Shown: one piece after another, positions 1-9,811 of the stretch
Numbering within the stretch: position 1 is the first letter of the stretch
Layout of the letters: each line of letters begins with the position of its first letter
From: an uncultured delta proteobacterium
GTDB taxonomy: Bacteria > Myxococcota > Myxococcia > Myxococcales > Anaeromyxobacteraceae
Direction of reading: 5' to 3'
Length of the DNA: 64,000 nucleotides
NCBI GenBank assembly: GCA_963814585.1
Contig: CAWFDF010000014.1
Location: forward strand, 160,001 to 224,000
Made by a program: the position numbers and the translations under genes
The notes under the pieces: generated by a model
Seen by the model: only the letters and a program-made list of their open reading frames with translations
Databases searched by the model: none
What the model was told of the DNA's origin: nothing

Positions 1-621
1 GATGGGCCGGTCGCGCCGCGCGCTCTCGAGGTGGATGGCGCGGGCCACCACCTCCTTGCCGGCGCCGCTCTCGCCCTCGATCAGCACGGTGGTGGTGTCG
101 GAGCCGGCCAGGCGGCCGATCACCGTGCGCAGCTGCTCCATGGCCGCCGAGCCACCCACGATGGCCTCCAGCGGGCTGGGCCGGCCTCGATCGGCGGAGA
201 GGACGGCGATCTGGCGGCGGGTGCGCGAGGTGGAGAGGGCGCGGGCCACGGCGGCGTCGAGCGCGGTGAGCGGAAACGGCTTCACCAGGAAGTCGACGGC
301 CCCGTGCTTCATGGCCTCCACGGCCACGTCCACCGTGCTGTGAGCCGACATCATCAGCACCGCCAGCTCCGGGTGGAGCCCGAGCGCCTGGCGCAGGGTC
401 TCCACGCCGTCGATCCCCGGGAGCTTCACGTCGAGCAGCATGACGTCGGGAGGGCTGGCGGCGATGAGCTCCAGGGCCTGCTCCCCCGACTCGGCGGCGA
501 GCACCTGGTAGCCGTCGCGCTGCAGCCGCTCCGAGATCGACCAGCGGATCAGCTTCTCGTCGTCGACGACGAGGATCCGGGCGGGGGCCGGGGCGGGGGT
601 CGGGATGGGCGTCGGGTTCAT
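1..621 (-). CDS. Sigma-54-dependent (NtrC-family) response regulator, N-terminal part; runs off the window edge
   Basis: Not in the ORF track because it is truncated. Manual translation from ATG 621: RILVVDDEKLIRW...DVMLLDVKLPGIDG...GAVDFLVKPF (receiver), then TVLIEGESGAGKEVVARAIH (AAA+ Walker A). ATGA overlap with the kinase stop. Confidence 0.93.
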   Translation of the reverse strand, partial: MNPTPIPTPAPAPARILVVDDEKLIRWSISERLQRDGYQVLAAESGEQALELIAASPPDVMLLDVKLPGIDGVETLRQALGLHPELAVLMMSAHSTVDVAVEAMKHGAVDFLVKPFPLTALDAAVARALSTSRTRRQIAVLSADRGRPSPLEAIVGGSAAMEQLRTVIGRLAGSDTTTVLIEGESGAGKEVVARAIHLESARRDRPI

Positions 622-2123
622 GGGGCCTGGTCGGCGCCAGCGGGTGCCTGGGCTTCCTTGAGCGTCACGGAGAAGATGGTACCGCCCTCCGGAGGGCACC
701 TATACCCGATGTGCCCGCCATGTTCCGCAATGATCCGCGCCGAGATGGCCAGGCCCAGGCCGTTCCCCTCCCGCTTGGTGGTGAAGAAGGGCTTGAAGAG
801 CTCCTCGCGCAGGTCGGGCGAGATGCCCGGCCCGGTGTCGGCGACGTCCACGATCACCAGGCCGGCCTCCCCGGCCCGTGAGCTGATCCGGAGCGAGCCC
901 GGGCTCCCGGCCATCGCCTGCACGGCGTTGAGGCAGAGGTTGAGGAAGACCTGCTCGAGCTGGGCGGGATCGGCCAGGACCGGCGGCAGCGCCGGACCCA
1001 GCCTCGCCTCCACCTCCACCTGCGTGCCGCGGCTCTGCTGCCGGATGAGGAAGAGCACCTTCTCCAGCGTGGCGTTCACGTCGGTGGAGCGGAGCCGGGC
1101 CTTGGGCGGCCGGGCGAAGGAGAGCAGGCTCTCCATGGTGTTGGTGAGCCGCTGCACCTGGTGTCGCATCTCGCCCACCACCTCGGCGTGGCGCGGGTGG
1201 CTGGCCAGGTCCTCGGCCAGCAACTCCAGCGCGCCGGAGAGCCCGGCCAGCGGGTTCTTGATCTCGTGGGCCAGGCCGGTGGCCACCTCGCCGACCGCGG
1301 CGAAGCGGTCGGCGCGGGCCATCCGCTCCAGGTAGAAGGCCTCCAGCTCGGCCTGGCTGCGGCGCAGCGCCGCCAGCGTGGCGTCGAAGCCACGCGCCGC
1401 CACGCCCAGCTCGTCGGTCCGCCCCTCGTCGGCCACCACCGTCAGCTCGCCGGCCTCGGCCCGCCGCATGGCGGCCACCAGCCGCTGGAGCGGCCCGATG
1501 GCCTGCTGCCCCAGCAGCCAGAGCGCGATGCCGAGCAGGGCCACCAGCGCCCCGCCGGCCGAGAGCGCCAGGGTCCCGGCCAGCGCCTGCTTGGCCTCCC
1601 GCACCGGGACGGTGGAGAAGCGGAGCTCCAGCCAGCCCCGCATCGGCGCCGAGCCCTCGTGGCACCGGAAGCAGGCGGGGACGCTGACGATGGGCCGGAT
1701 CACCGCGTACTGGCCCTGGACGCCTCCCGGCTCGGTCACCACCGTGGTGTCGGCGAAGCGGTCCGGCTGCCCCCACGGGCGGGCGCCGACGTAGTCGAGG
1801 TCGGACGAGATGGAGACCTGGCCGCTCGGGGCGATCAGCGAGGCGGACACCAGGTCGCTGCGGTGGGCCAGCAGGGACTCGAGCAGCTGCGGCACGGCCT
1901 GCGGCTGGCCCGAGAGCATCACGTTGGAGACCCCGGTGGCCACCATGTGGGCGAAGATCTCGCCGCGTTCCTGCCGCCCACGCTCCAGCCCGGAGCCGTA
2001 CAGCTGGACGGCGCCGACCACCATGGCCGCCAGCGTCAGGCCGAAGAGGACGGCGGTGGGGATCAGGATGCGGGCGCGAAGGCTGGCGTCGAGCCGGCGG
2101 TAGATCGATCTCAGGAATGGCAT
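618..2123 (-). CDS. Sensor histidine kinase (2 TM, HAMP, HisKA, HATPase) with a periplasmic CxxCH
   Basis: LAHEIKNPL H-box, QVFLNLCLNAVQA N-box, DTGPGI, PFFTTK, GNGLGL; periplasmic ACFRCHE. Start could be 2156. Confidence 0.92.
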   Translation of the reverse strand: MPFLRSIYRRLDASLRARILIPTAVLFGLTLAAMVVGAVQLYGSGLERGRQERGEIFAHMVATGVSNVMLSGQPQAVPQLLESLLAHRSDLVSASLIAPSGQVSISSDLDYVGARPWGQPDRFADTTVVTEPGGVQGQYAVIRPIVSVPACFRCHEGSAPMRGWLELRFSTVPVREAKQALAGTLALSAGGALVALLGIALWLLGQQAIGPLQRLVAAMRRAEAGELTVVADEGRTDELGVAARGFDATLAALRRSQAELEAFYLERMARADRFAAVGEVATGLAHEIKNPLAGLSGALELLAEDLASHPRHAEVVGEMRHQVQRLTNTMESLLSFARPPKARLRSTDVNATLEKVLFLIRQQSRGTQVEVEARLGPALPPVLADPAQLEQVFLNLCLNAVQAMAGSPGSLRISSRAGEAGLVIVDVADTGPGISPDLREELFKPFFTTKREGNGLGLAISARIIAEHGGHIGYRCPPEGGTIFSVTLKEAQAPAGADQAP

Positions 2124-2219
2124 CCGGGAAGCTGATCGGCTCGGGCGAACCGCCATCTTCTCAGAGACACCCTCCCGGGGGAAGCCCGTGACCGGGAACG
2201 CCAGATTCCACCAGACGAG

Positions 2220-2256
2220 CGGGTGAAAACACGCATCCCTTGCGTGATTTCACCCG
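2220..2256. promoter_or_regulatory. Palindrome, candidate upstream activator site
   Basis: CGGGTGAAAACACGCA-tccct-TGCGTGATTTCACCCG, 15/16 arm match, about 110-145 bp upstream of the sigma-54 motif. Confidence 0.55.
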
Positions 2257-2363
2257 GATCCCCTGGCTCGATGCCGCGGGTGCTGCCAGGCGCGGGCGTC
2301 GCTTCCCGGCGTGAAGCCGGCTCACGCGCCACGGGGGGCCCTGGCGCCCAGGGGGGGGCCTCG

Positions 2364-2379
2364 CGGCATCCAGCTTGCA
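2364..2379 (+). promoter_or_regulatory. Sigma-54 (-24/-12) promoter
   Basis: CGGCATCCAGCTTGCA: GG-N10-GC matching YGGCAC-N5-TTGCW; followed by GGAGGT (2421-2426) and ATG 2438. Confidence 0.72.
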
Positions 2380-2437
2380 CGAAACTGGCGCCACAGGCCC
2401 ACAGTTCCCGACACCGCCTGGGAGGTGGAACCAGCCC

Positions 2438-3043
2438 ATGGTCAAGCAACTCACCACCGGTCCCGCCGTGGTCATCCTTGCTGCCGGCCAGCCGCCCCTC
2501 CCGGTCCCGACCGCAGGCGCCGTGGCTTCGAGCCTGGCGCCCGAACGCCGACCGCCGGCTCAAGGCGCGATTCGATCCATGACCAGGGAGCTCCGTGCCA
2601 TCAGGGGACCCGCCGGGACGCTTCCCGTGCGTCGAGACGACGACGCCGGGGTGGACCTCCTGATGCTGATCGAAGGCGAGACGAGCGGGAGGCCGCTGGA
2701 CGCCGTGCTCCAGGAGTTCGGGAGGTCCCGCAGCACCTACTACGAGAAGCTCCGCCGCTTCCGTGAGCTCGGCGTCGAAGGGCTGCTGGAGCGGCCTTCC
2801 GGCCCGAAGACGGCCTGGCGCCGTCCCATCGAGGTGGTCCGCTTCATCGTCCGGGTTCGTCTCGAGGACCCCAGCCGCGGCGCCGCGGAGATCGCGGCCG
2901 ACCTGCTGCGCCATGGCCACACCGTGAGCGTCCGCTCGGTCGAGCGCACCTTGACCCAGTTCGGCTTGACGCGCCCCGCTCCGAAGGCCCCCGGAGCCGT
3001 CGAGGCGGCGGCCCCGCCCTCGACGGGGAGCACCGGGACCTGA
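2438..3043 (+). CDS. Helix-turn-helix protein resembling the DNA-binding N-terminus of IS481/IS630-type transposases, no catalytic domain
   Basis: FGRSRSTYYEKLRRFRELGVEGLLERPSGPK...PSRGAAEIAADLLRHGHTVSVRSVERTL; strong RBS; 201 aa, no DDE region. Confidence 0.7.
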   Translation: MVKQLTTGPAVVILAAGQPPLPVPTAGAVASSLAPERRPPAQGAIRSMTRELRAIRGPAGTLPVRRDDDAGVDLLMLIEGETSGRPLDAVLQEFGRSRSTYYEKLRRFRELGVEGLLERPSGPKTAWRRPIEVVRFIVRVRLEDPSRGAAEIAADLLRHGHTVSVRSVERTLTQFGLTRPAPKAPGAVEAAAPPSTGSTGT

Positions 3044-3197
3044 CCGGGCCTGGTGAGGCGTTGCCTGGGCAGGCCGCTTCGCGCTACACCGCCAGCACCG
3101 GGCGCGGCAGCCGAGGCGTCCTGGTCTGCCACGGCCAGACCCGCGACCCGCTCCTTCCCTCCCGGGTGGCGGGTCCCATGCCACGCCGACCGTCGAG

Positions 3198-4379
3198 GTG
3201 AGGGTGCGGATCGCGGTCTTCACCGGCCACTTCCATCCGCACGTCGGCGGGGTGGAGCGGTACGCCCGCGCCGTGTTCTCCCGGCTGGTGAGGCGCGGCC
3301 ACGAGGTGGCGCTGGTCACCTCGGCGGCCGGCGGAGGGGCGCCACGCGAGTCCGTGGATGGAATCGAGGTGGCGCGGCTGCCGGTGCTGCCGCTCTTCAG
3401 CGCCCGCTTCCCGCTGCCCCTCCCCGGCCCCAGGCTGGCAGGCGTGGTGACCTGGCTCCGGCGCTTCGGGCCCGAGGTGGTGGTCACCAACACCCGCTTC
3501 TTCCCCTCCAGCTGGCTCGGCGCCTGGTTCGCCGGCGCCCACTCGCTTCCCCTCCTCCACGTCGAGCACGGCTCGGGCCACGTCAGGCTCGGCGGAGCCC
3601 TGGCCGACCGGCTCTCGGCGGCCGTCGATCACGGCCCGGGGCGCTGGGTGGTCCGCCGCGCCGCGCGCTGCGTGGGAGTCTCCGGAGCCGTGGTGGAGTT
3701 CGTCGCCCACCTCGGTCGCCCCGGGGCCGGCGTCCTGAGCAATGGCGTCGACCTGCCGGGGCCAGGGCTCGCCGGCGAACGCGTCGCGGTGCGGGCGCGG
3801 CTCGGCATCGGGCCCGGCGAGCCCCTGGCGCTCTACGCCGGGCGCGTCACCGCCGACAAGGGGGTGCTGGTGCTGGTCGATGCGCTGGAGAGGCTGCCGC
3901 GGCTCCACCTCGCGGTGGCCGGCGACGGAGAGGCCCTCTCCGGGCTGAGGCAGCGGGCGACCCGGCTGCCGCGGCTCCACCTGCTCGGCCAGGTCGCACC
4001 GGCCGAGGTGGAGCGCCTCCTCGCCGCCGCCGACCTCTTCGTCCACCCCTCCCTCTGCGCCGAGGGGCTTCCCAGCTCGGTCCTCGAGGCCGCCGCCGCC
4101 GGCGTGGCCATCGTGGCGACGCCCCAGGGGGGCACGGTGGAGGTGGTCCGGTCCCCCGAGCACGGGATCCTGGTGCCTCCAGGGGACGCGGCGGCGCTGG
4201 CGGCGGCCATGGAGCGGCTGGTGGACGACCCGGCACTCCGGTCCCGGCTCGGCGCCGAGGCCCGGGGGCTGGTCGCCGAGCGCTTCACCTGGGACCGGAT
4301 CGCCGAGGCGGCCGAGAGGGAACTGCTGGCGCTGGTCGCCGGGGCGCGGCCTGGCCGCGATCCGGCTCCTCCCGCCTGA
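3198..4379 (+). CDS. Glycosyltransferase family 4
   Basis: GGVERY, YAGRVTADKG, EGLPSSVLEAAAAG (EX7E motif). Confidence 0.93.
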   Translation: MRVRIAVFTGHFHPHVGGVERYARAVFSRLVRRGHEVALVTSAAGGGAPRESVDGIEVARLPVLPLFSARFPLPLPGPRLAGVVTWLRRFGPEVVVTNTRFFPSSWLGAWFAGAHSLPLLHVEHGSGHVRLGGALADRLSAAVDHGPGRWVVRRAARCVGVSGAVVEFVAHLGRPGAGVLSNGVDLPGPGLAGERVAVRARLGIGPGEPLALYAGRVTADKGVLVLVDALERLPRLHLAVAGDGEALSGLRQRATRLPRLHLLGQVAPAEVERLLAAADLFVHPSLCAEGLPSSVLEAAAAGVAIVATPQGGTVEVVRSPEHGILVPPGDAAALAAAMERLVDDPALRSRLGAEARGLVAERFTWDRIAEAAERELLALVAGARPGRDPAPPA

Positions 4380-4464
4380 TCCACGGAACCGCCGGCCTCG
4401 TTCACCGGGCGCCTGCCTTGGGCTATGGTGCGGTCCGTCACCCGACGAATCCGTCCCTGGAATC

Positions 4465-5181
4465 ATGGGTTCCATGCCCCCCCCGCACAACCTCCTCGTC
4501 GTCATCCCCGCCTTCAACGAGGCCCTCCGCATCCGGGGCGTGGTGGAGGCGGTGCGCGGCCAGGTGGCCGCCGACGTGCTGGTGGTGGACGACGGCTCGC
4601 GCGACGCCACCGCCGCCGAGGCCCGGGCCGGGGGGGCCATCGTGGCCACCCACCCGGTCAACCTGGGCTACGGCTCGGCGCTGCAGACCGGCTACCGCTA
4701 TGCCCTGCGCCACCACCACGACGCCGTCCTCCAGCTCGACGCCGACGGCCAGCACGATCCGGCCTCGATCCCGGCGCTGCTCGAGGCGCTGTCCAGCCAC
4801 GACGTGGTGGTCGGCTCGCGCTTCCTCCACCCGGGCTCCTACCGGCCCCCGATCTCGCGCCGGATCGGCATGACGTTCTTCGGCGCCATCGCCAGCCACC
4901 TCTGCGGCCAGCGGCTCACCGACCCGACCAGCGGCTTCCAGGCCATCTCCCGGCGGGCTCTCGAGTTCTACGCGCACGACCGCTGGCCCCACGACTACCC
5001 CGACGCCGACGTGCTGGCCATGGTGGCCCGCTCCGGCATGAGGCTCGTCGAGGTGCCGGTCCGCATGCTCGGCTCCCCCGAGGGCAAGAGCATGCACGGC
5101 GGCGTCCTCAAGCCGCTCTACTACGTCTTCCGGATGACCCTCGCCCTGGCGCTGGTCCCCCTGCGGAACGAGCGGCCATGA
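4465..5181 (+). CDS. Glycosyltransferase family 2 (polyprenol-phosphate sugar synthase-like)
   Basis: VIPAFNE, VVDDGSRD, NLGYGSALQTG, LDADGQHDP, DVVVGSRF, TDPTSGF. Confidence 0.93.
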   Translation: MGSMPPPHNLLVVIPAFNEALRIRGVVEAVRGQVAADVLVVDDGSRDATAAEARAGGAIVATHPVNLGYGSALQTGYRYALRHHHDAVLQLDADGQHDPASIPALLEALSSHDVVVGSRFLHPGSYRPPISRRIGMTFFGAIASHLCGQRLTDPTSGFQAISRRALEFYAHDRWPHDYPDADVLAMVARSGMRLVEVPVRMLGSPEGKSMHGGVLKPLYYVFRMTLALALVPLRNERP

Positions 5182-5585
5182 CCCCCACCCAGCGCGTCTT
5201 CGCCATCGTCATCTCGGTCACCACCTTCCTGGTGGTCATGGAGCTGATCCGCCGCCGCCGCCTGCGCGAGGAGTACGCCCTCCTCTGGGTGCTCACCACC
5301 GTCGGCATGATGGTGCTGGCCACCTGGTACGGGCTGATCGAGCGGATCACGCAGGTGATCGGCGCGGTGGCCGTGACCACCACCCTCTTCCTCTTCGCGC
5401 TCATCTTCCTGCTGCTCATCAGCGTCCACTTCACCACCGTCCTCTCCCGCCTCACCGTCCAGGTCCGCCGCCTCACGCAGGAGCTGGCCATCCTGGAGGC
5501 GGAGCGAGGCCGCCCTGGCGAGGCCTCCGGCACGTCCGCCTCACCCTCCACCGGAGCTCCGGCCGGCCCGGAGCGCCGCTCGTGA
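5178..5585 (+). CDS. DUF2304-like small membrane protein
   Basis: MTPTQRVFAIV...RRRRLREEYALLW...VRRLTQELAIL; three hydrophobic helices plus coiled coil; ATGA-coupled to the GT2, the usual pairing for this family. Confidence 0.8.
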   Translation: MTPTQRVFAIVISVTTFLVVMELIRRRRLREEYALLWVLTTVGMMVLATWYGLIERITQVIGAVAVTTTLFLFALIFLLLISVHFTTVLSRLTVQVRRLTQELAILEAERGRPGEASGTSASPSTGAPAGPERRS

Positions 5586-8062
5586 ACGTCTCCTCGAGGC
5601 CGCTCGACCGGCGCTGGTTCGCGGCCGCGGCGGTACTGGCCGCCGCGGGCGGGTTCGTCGCCTACCTCACCGAGGTGCGCGACCCCGACATGTTCCATCA
5701 CATGGCCTACGGGCGGGACATCGCCCAGCACGGCCTGCGCGCCGAGGAGCCGTTCCTCTTCCCGCTGCGGGGCACACAGACCGGGCCGATGCCCTACTGG
5801 CTGGGCAGCTTCCTCATCTACCTGTGGGCCTCGGCCTTCGGCGACGGGTCGATGGCCTGGTTCCCGGCCCTCTTCGGGGCCCTGATCGCGCTGGTCCTGC
5901 TCCTGGACTCCAGCCCTCGGCGCGGGCCGTGGACCATCACGTCGCTCCTGGCCACCGCGGCGGTGCTGGTGCCGCTGCTCTCCTTCGGCCGCTACCGGGC
6001 CTTCGCTCGCCCGGAACTCCTGGCCACCTTGCTGCTGGCGCTGGTGATGTGGGCCATCCGCCGCTTCGAAGAGGGGCAGCCGAAGCTGCTCTACGCCCTG
6101 CCGGTGCTGGCCGTCCTCTGGACCAACCTCCACCCCTCGGTCCCGGTGGCCGTCGTCCCGCTCGCCGTCATGGTGGCGGTGGGGCTGCTGGTCCACGCCC
6201 TGCGCCGCGTCACCGGCCGGACCCTGCAGGCGGTGCCGCCGCTGCGCGCCCTCGGCTACGCCGTGGTGGTGGGCGCGGCCACCCTGCTGGCGGCGCTGCT
6301 CTCGCCCTCGCCGTTCAACCCGCTCGCCACCTCGCTGCGCTTCGCCCTCTCCAGCCTCGGCTTCGAGAACGTCGGCCCCGCCGCGGTGGAGGCCATGGAG
6401 CGGATGCTCCCGTTCGCCAAGCGGATGGTGCTGGAGATGCAGCCGCTCGACTGGAGCGCGCTCAACGACACCTTCGGCGTGGTGCTGGGGATCACCGTGG
6501 CCGGCTTCCTCGCCAACCTGCCGCGGCTCCGCTGGCGAGAGCTGGTGACGGTGCTGGCCTTCGCCTACCTCGGCTTCAGCGCCGGCCGCTTCGCCGTCAT
6601 GCTGGGCGTGGTGGCCGCGCCCATCACCGCCCGCAACCTCGGGGAGGCGCTGGATCGGCTGCCCGAGCGCTGGTGGGCCGGCTGGGCGCGACCGGTCGTG
6701 GCGGCCGCGCTGGTCGTCGCCACCGTGGCCGGCTGCGCCTGGTTCCCGGTCCCGAGCGTGGTCCGCTTCGGCACCGGCCTGCGCCGGTACGCCTTCCCGG
6801 TCCGCGCCGTGGACTACCTGGTCGCCAACCGCATCGACGGTCCCATCTTCAACACCTTCCACTTCGGCGGCTACATCGAGTGGCGCACCAACCGGATGAC
6901 CTACCAGGACGGCCGGGGCCTGATCGTCCCGGGCGACGAGGACGCCTCGGTGAGCGGGTCGCAGAACTACGGCCTGTTCCACCACCTCGACCGGAAGCAC
7001 CGCTTCGAGGCGCTGGTGGTGAACTACCCGCAGCCCGATCCGGTCACCGCCGCCTCGCTGGCCTCCTCCAACCCCGACGCCGACTGGGGCGCCGACCGGC
7101 GCCTCTGGGCACTGGTGGCCTTCGACGACGGCGGGATGCTCTACCTGCGACGGGGCGGCCGCCACGCCGCGCTCATCGAGCGGGACGAGTTCCGCCTGGT
7201 CCGCCCGGCCAACAGCTACCTGAGCATCCCCGCCAACCAGTCCGGCCCGTACCTGACCGAGCTGCGCCGCAGCGTGGCCGCCGCCCCGGCCTGCGTCCGC
7301 TGCCGCCAGCTGCTGGGCGCCACCGCCCTGACCATCGGCGCCTGGGACGAGGCCTGGGCCGCGGTGGCCCCGCTGCTCCAGAGGCCGGTCCTGGAGCACG
7401 CCGGCGCCATGCTGGTGGGCGCCCAGGCCGCCGAGGGGCTGGGACGGCTCGACGAGGCCGCCGCCCTCTACCGGCGGCTCCTCGGGTTTCGGCAGGAGGT
7501 GGGCACCTCCCGCCGCGCGCTCTCCAGGCTGGCGCTTCGGCGCAATGACCTGGGCGAGGCCATGAACGTGCTGGCGCCCTCGCTGGCGGGAGGTGGCACC
7601 GACCCGGCGGACGTGGCCCTGGCCATCGAGCTGATGCGAGCCGCCAGGAGACCGGCCGAGGAGGCCGCCTGGACGGCCCGCCTGCAGCGGCTCCAGACCG
7701 AGCAGAGAGCGCTCCAGTACCAGGACCGGGGCCTGGCCGCGGCCGGCCAGGGGGACCTCCAGACGGCCATCACCTGGTACGAGGCGGCGCTGGCGGTGAC
7801 CGACACGGCGCCCATCCGGACCAACCTCGGGCGCGCCTACTTCGATCAGGGCCGGTACGCCGACGCCGAGGCGCAGTACCGCCGTGCCGTCGCCCTCGCC
7901 CCCCGCTTCGGCCTGGGCTGGTACGGCCTGGCCGAGACGCTGGCCGCGCGGGGGGATCGCGCCGGCGCCGCGGCCGCCTTCCGCCACTTCATGGAGATCG
8001 AGCCCGCCGGGTTCTGGGCGGCCAAGGCCAAGCAGGCGCTCGACCGGCTCGAGCGGCGCTGA
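5582..8062 (+). CDS. Multi-pass membrane protein with C-terminal TPRs; possible GT-C-fold glycosyltransferase
   Basis: DPDMFHHMAYG after TM1, about 11 hydrophobic segments, RPE, LWTNLH, FNTFHFGGY, QDGR; TPRs such as TNLGRAYFDQGRYADAEAQYRRAVALAP. Function inferred. Confidence 0.65.
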   Translation: MNVSSRPLDRRWFAAAAVLAAAGGFVAYLTEVRDPDMFHHMAYGRDIAQHGLRAEEPFLFPLRGTQTGPMPYWLGSFLIYLWASAFGDGSMAWFPALFGALIALVLLLDSSPRRGPWTITSLLATAAVLVPLLSFGRYRAFARPELLATLLLALVMWAIRRFEEGQPKLLYALPVLAVLWTNLHPSVPVAVVPLAVMVAVGLLVHALRRVTGRTLQAVPPLRALGYAVVVGAATLLAALLSPSPFNPLATSLRFALSSLGFENVGPAAVEAMERMLPFAKRMVLEMQPLDWSALNDTFGVVLGITVAGFLANLPRLRWRELVTVLAFAYLGFSAGRFAVMLGVVAAPITARNLGEALDRLPERWWAGWARPVVAAALVVATVAGCAWFPVPSVVRFGTGLRRYAFPVRAVDYLVANRIDGPIFNTFHFGGYIEWRTNRMTYQDGRGLIVPGDEDASVSGSQNYGLFHHLDRKHRFEALVVNYPQPDPVTAASLASSNPDADWGADRRLWALVAFDDGGMLYLRRGGRHAALIERDEFRLVRPANSYLSIPANQSGPYLTELRRSVAAAPACVRCRQLLGATALTIGAWDEAWAAVAPLLQRPVLEHAGAMLVGAQAAEGLGRLDEAAALYRRLLGFRQEVGTSRRALSRLALRRNDLGEAMNVLAPSLAGGGTDPADVALAIELMRAARRPAEEAAWTARLQRLQTEQRALQYQDRGLAAAGQGDLQTAITWYEAALAVTDTAPIRTNLGRAYFDQGRYADAEAQYRRAVALAPRFGLGWYGLAETLAARGDRAGAAAAFRHFMEIEPAGFWAAKAKQALDRLERR

Positions 8063-8123
8063 CCGGGGACCGCGCCGCGGACGACCCGCAGGGCGGGCGC
8101 GCCGGCAAGGCGCCGCGCCCCCG

Positions 8124-9638
8124 CTACCCCGCCTTCCGGCTCGAGCCCGGGCCACCCGCCACCGGCCCGGTGATGGGGCCAAGCTCGGCCAGCATGGCGC
8201 GGACCGACTCGGGCATCTCGGCGCCGCTGGCCATGTGCTTCATCTCGTGGCCGAGGTAGCTCTTCTCGATGAGCAGCTTGAGCACGCTCACCATGAAGGC
8301 CCGCTTCTCCGGCGTGAGCTTGTCGAGGTTCTTGAACTTGTCGTGGAAGAAGTGGCCGGTGGCGCGGTGGAGCTCCCGCTGGACCTCCTCCAGGGTCATG
8401 TTGTCCGGCTTCATGACCGGCTCGACCAGGTTGTAGCGCCGGTAGTCCCGGGTGGCGACGTGCGCGTCGAGGTCGCCGGCGATCTCGGCGTAGGGCCAGG
8501 GCGTCAGGGCCAGGAAGAAGGCCATGTCCGGCGCGTACCACTTGGCCAGCTCGACCGTCTTGCGGATGGACGCGGCGGTCTCGTCGGGCGTGCCGAGCAC
8601 GAAGGAGGTCTCGCTGACCATGCCGTGCTGGTTGATGAGGTCGATGGCCCTCTTCGACTCGTTGACCTTGATGTCCTTGTGGTACAGGTCGAGCGTCGAC
8701 TGGCTGGTCGACTCGACGCCGACGTAGATGTGGCTGATGCCCGCCTTGACGTACTTGGGCAGCATCCGCTCGTCGCGGATGACGTCGTCGACGCGGGTCT
8801 CCATGAGGATCTCGACGCCGACCTGCCGCTCGATCAACAGGTCGAGGATGGCCTCCCAGCGCGCCCGGTCGGAGGTGGGGGTCTCGTCGGAGAGCATGGT
8901 GACCGCGACGCCGTAGCTGTCACGAAGGTGCTCCAGCTCGGCGACGAACCTGAGCGGCTGGCGCCCGCGCCAGCTCCGCCCCCAGAACTTCTGCTGCGAG
9001 CAGAAGCTGCAGCGCGAGGAGCAGCCGCGCGCCGAGTTGGCGATGGCGAGGCGGCCGTGCGGCCTGGGCCGGTAGTGGTAGAGCGGCCAGTCGAGGAGGT
9101 CCCAGGCCGGCTGGACGGCGTCGATGTCGGCGAGGAGCGCGCGCGGGCCGTTGCTGGCCGGATGGCCATCCCGGCGCCAGGCCAGCCCGTCGATCCGGTC
9201 GAACCCCTCGCCGGCCTCGAGCGCCTTGACCAGCTCGATGACGGTCAGCTCCCCCTCGCCGCGGACCACGAAGTCGACGCTGGGGTCGTCGCGGAGGATC
9301 TGCTCCCAGCAGAAGGTGGCGTGGACGTTGCCGATGACGGTCTTGACCGCCGGGTTCCAGGCCTTGGCGGTGGCGCAGATGACGCGACTGTCGGGCTCGG
9401 TGGCCGTGATGGCGGTGGTGCCGACCAGGTCCGGCTTGAAGGCCTCGATCTTCTTCCGGATGTCATCGTGCGACGCGAACAGGCTCATCGCGTCGTAGAT
9501 CTCGACCTCGGCGCCGGCCAGCCGGGCCGCCCCGGCGACGTAGGCGAGGTTGAGCGGCATCCAGACGCCGGCCGACTCGACCACCCCGGAGTGATAGGGC
9601 GCGGTGACGAGCAGGACTCGGAGGCGGCGAGCGGTCAT
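8124..9638 (-). CDS. Cobalamin-binding radical SAM enzyme
   Basis: N-terminal B12-binding region (PLNLAYVAG, PDLVG, GNVHATF, VVRGEGE) and ARGCSSRCSFC (CxxxCxxC), GVES. Confidence 0.92.
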   Translation of the reverse strand: MTARRLRVLLVTAPYHSGVVESAGVWMPLNLAYVAGAARLAGAEVEIYDAMSLFASHDDIRKKIEAFKPDLVGTTAITATEPDSRVICATAKAWNPAVKTVIGNVHATFCWEQILRDDPSVDFVVRGEGELTVIELVKALEAGEGFDRIDGLAWRRDGHPASNGPRALLADIDAVQPAWDLLDWPLYHYRPRPHGRLAIANSARGCSSRCSFCSQQKFWGRSWRGRQPLRFVAELEHLRDSYGVAVTMLSDETPTSDRARWEAILDLLIERQVGVEILMETRVDDVIRDERMLPKYVKAGISHIYVGVESTSQSTLDLYHKDIKVNESKRAIDLINQHGMVSETSFVLGTPDETAASIRKTVELAKWYAPDMAFFLALTPWPYAEIAGDLDAHVATRDYRRYNLVEPVMKPDNMTLEEVQRELHRATGHFFHDKFKNLDKLTPEKRAFMVSVLKLLIEKSYLGHEMKHMASGAEMPESVRAMLAELGPITGPVAGGPGSSRKAG

Positions 9639-9811
9639 GCGGTTTCTCCCGAGCAAGCGACCCCGGCTGGCGGGGTGCTCTCACTGTACCATGGCCGCCG
9701 GTCCACGACGGCTGGTTCCAGGAAAGATCCCTGTCCTTTCAGCTACATCGGACAAACGATTGTTTGGAGTCCGGGGGGCGTCAAACTGTCGCATGCTAGA
9801 CTCCGCCTCCG

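Noticed and set aside
2438..3043. Active insertion sequence
   Set aside because: No DDE domain, terminal inverted repeats or target duplication seen.
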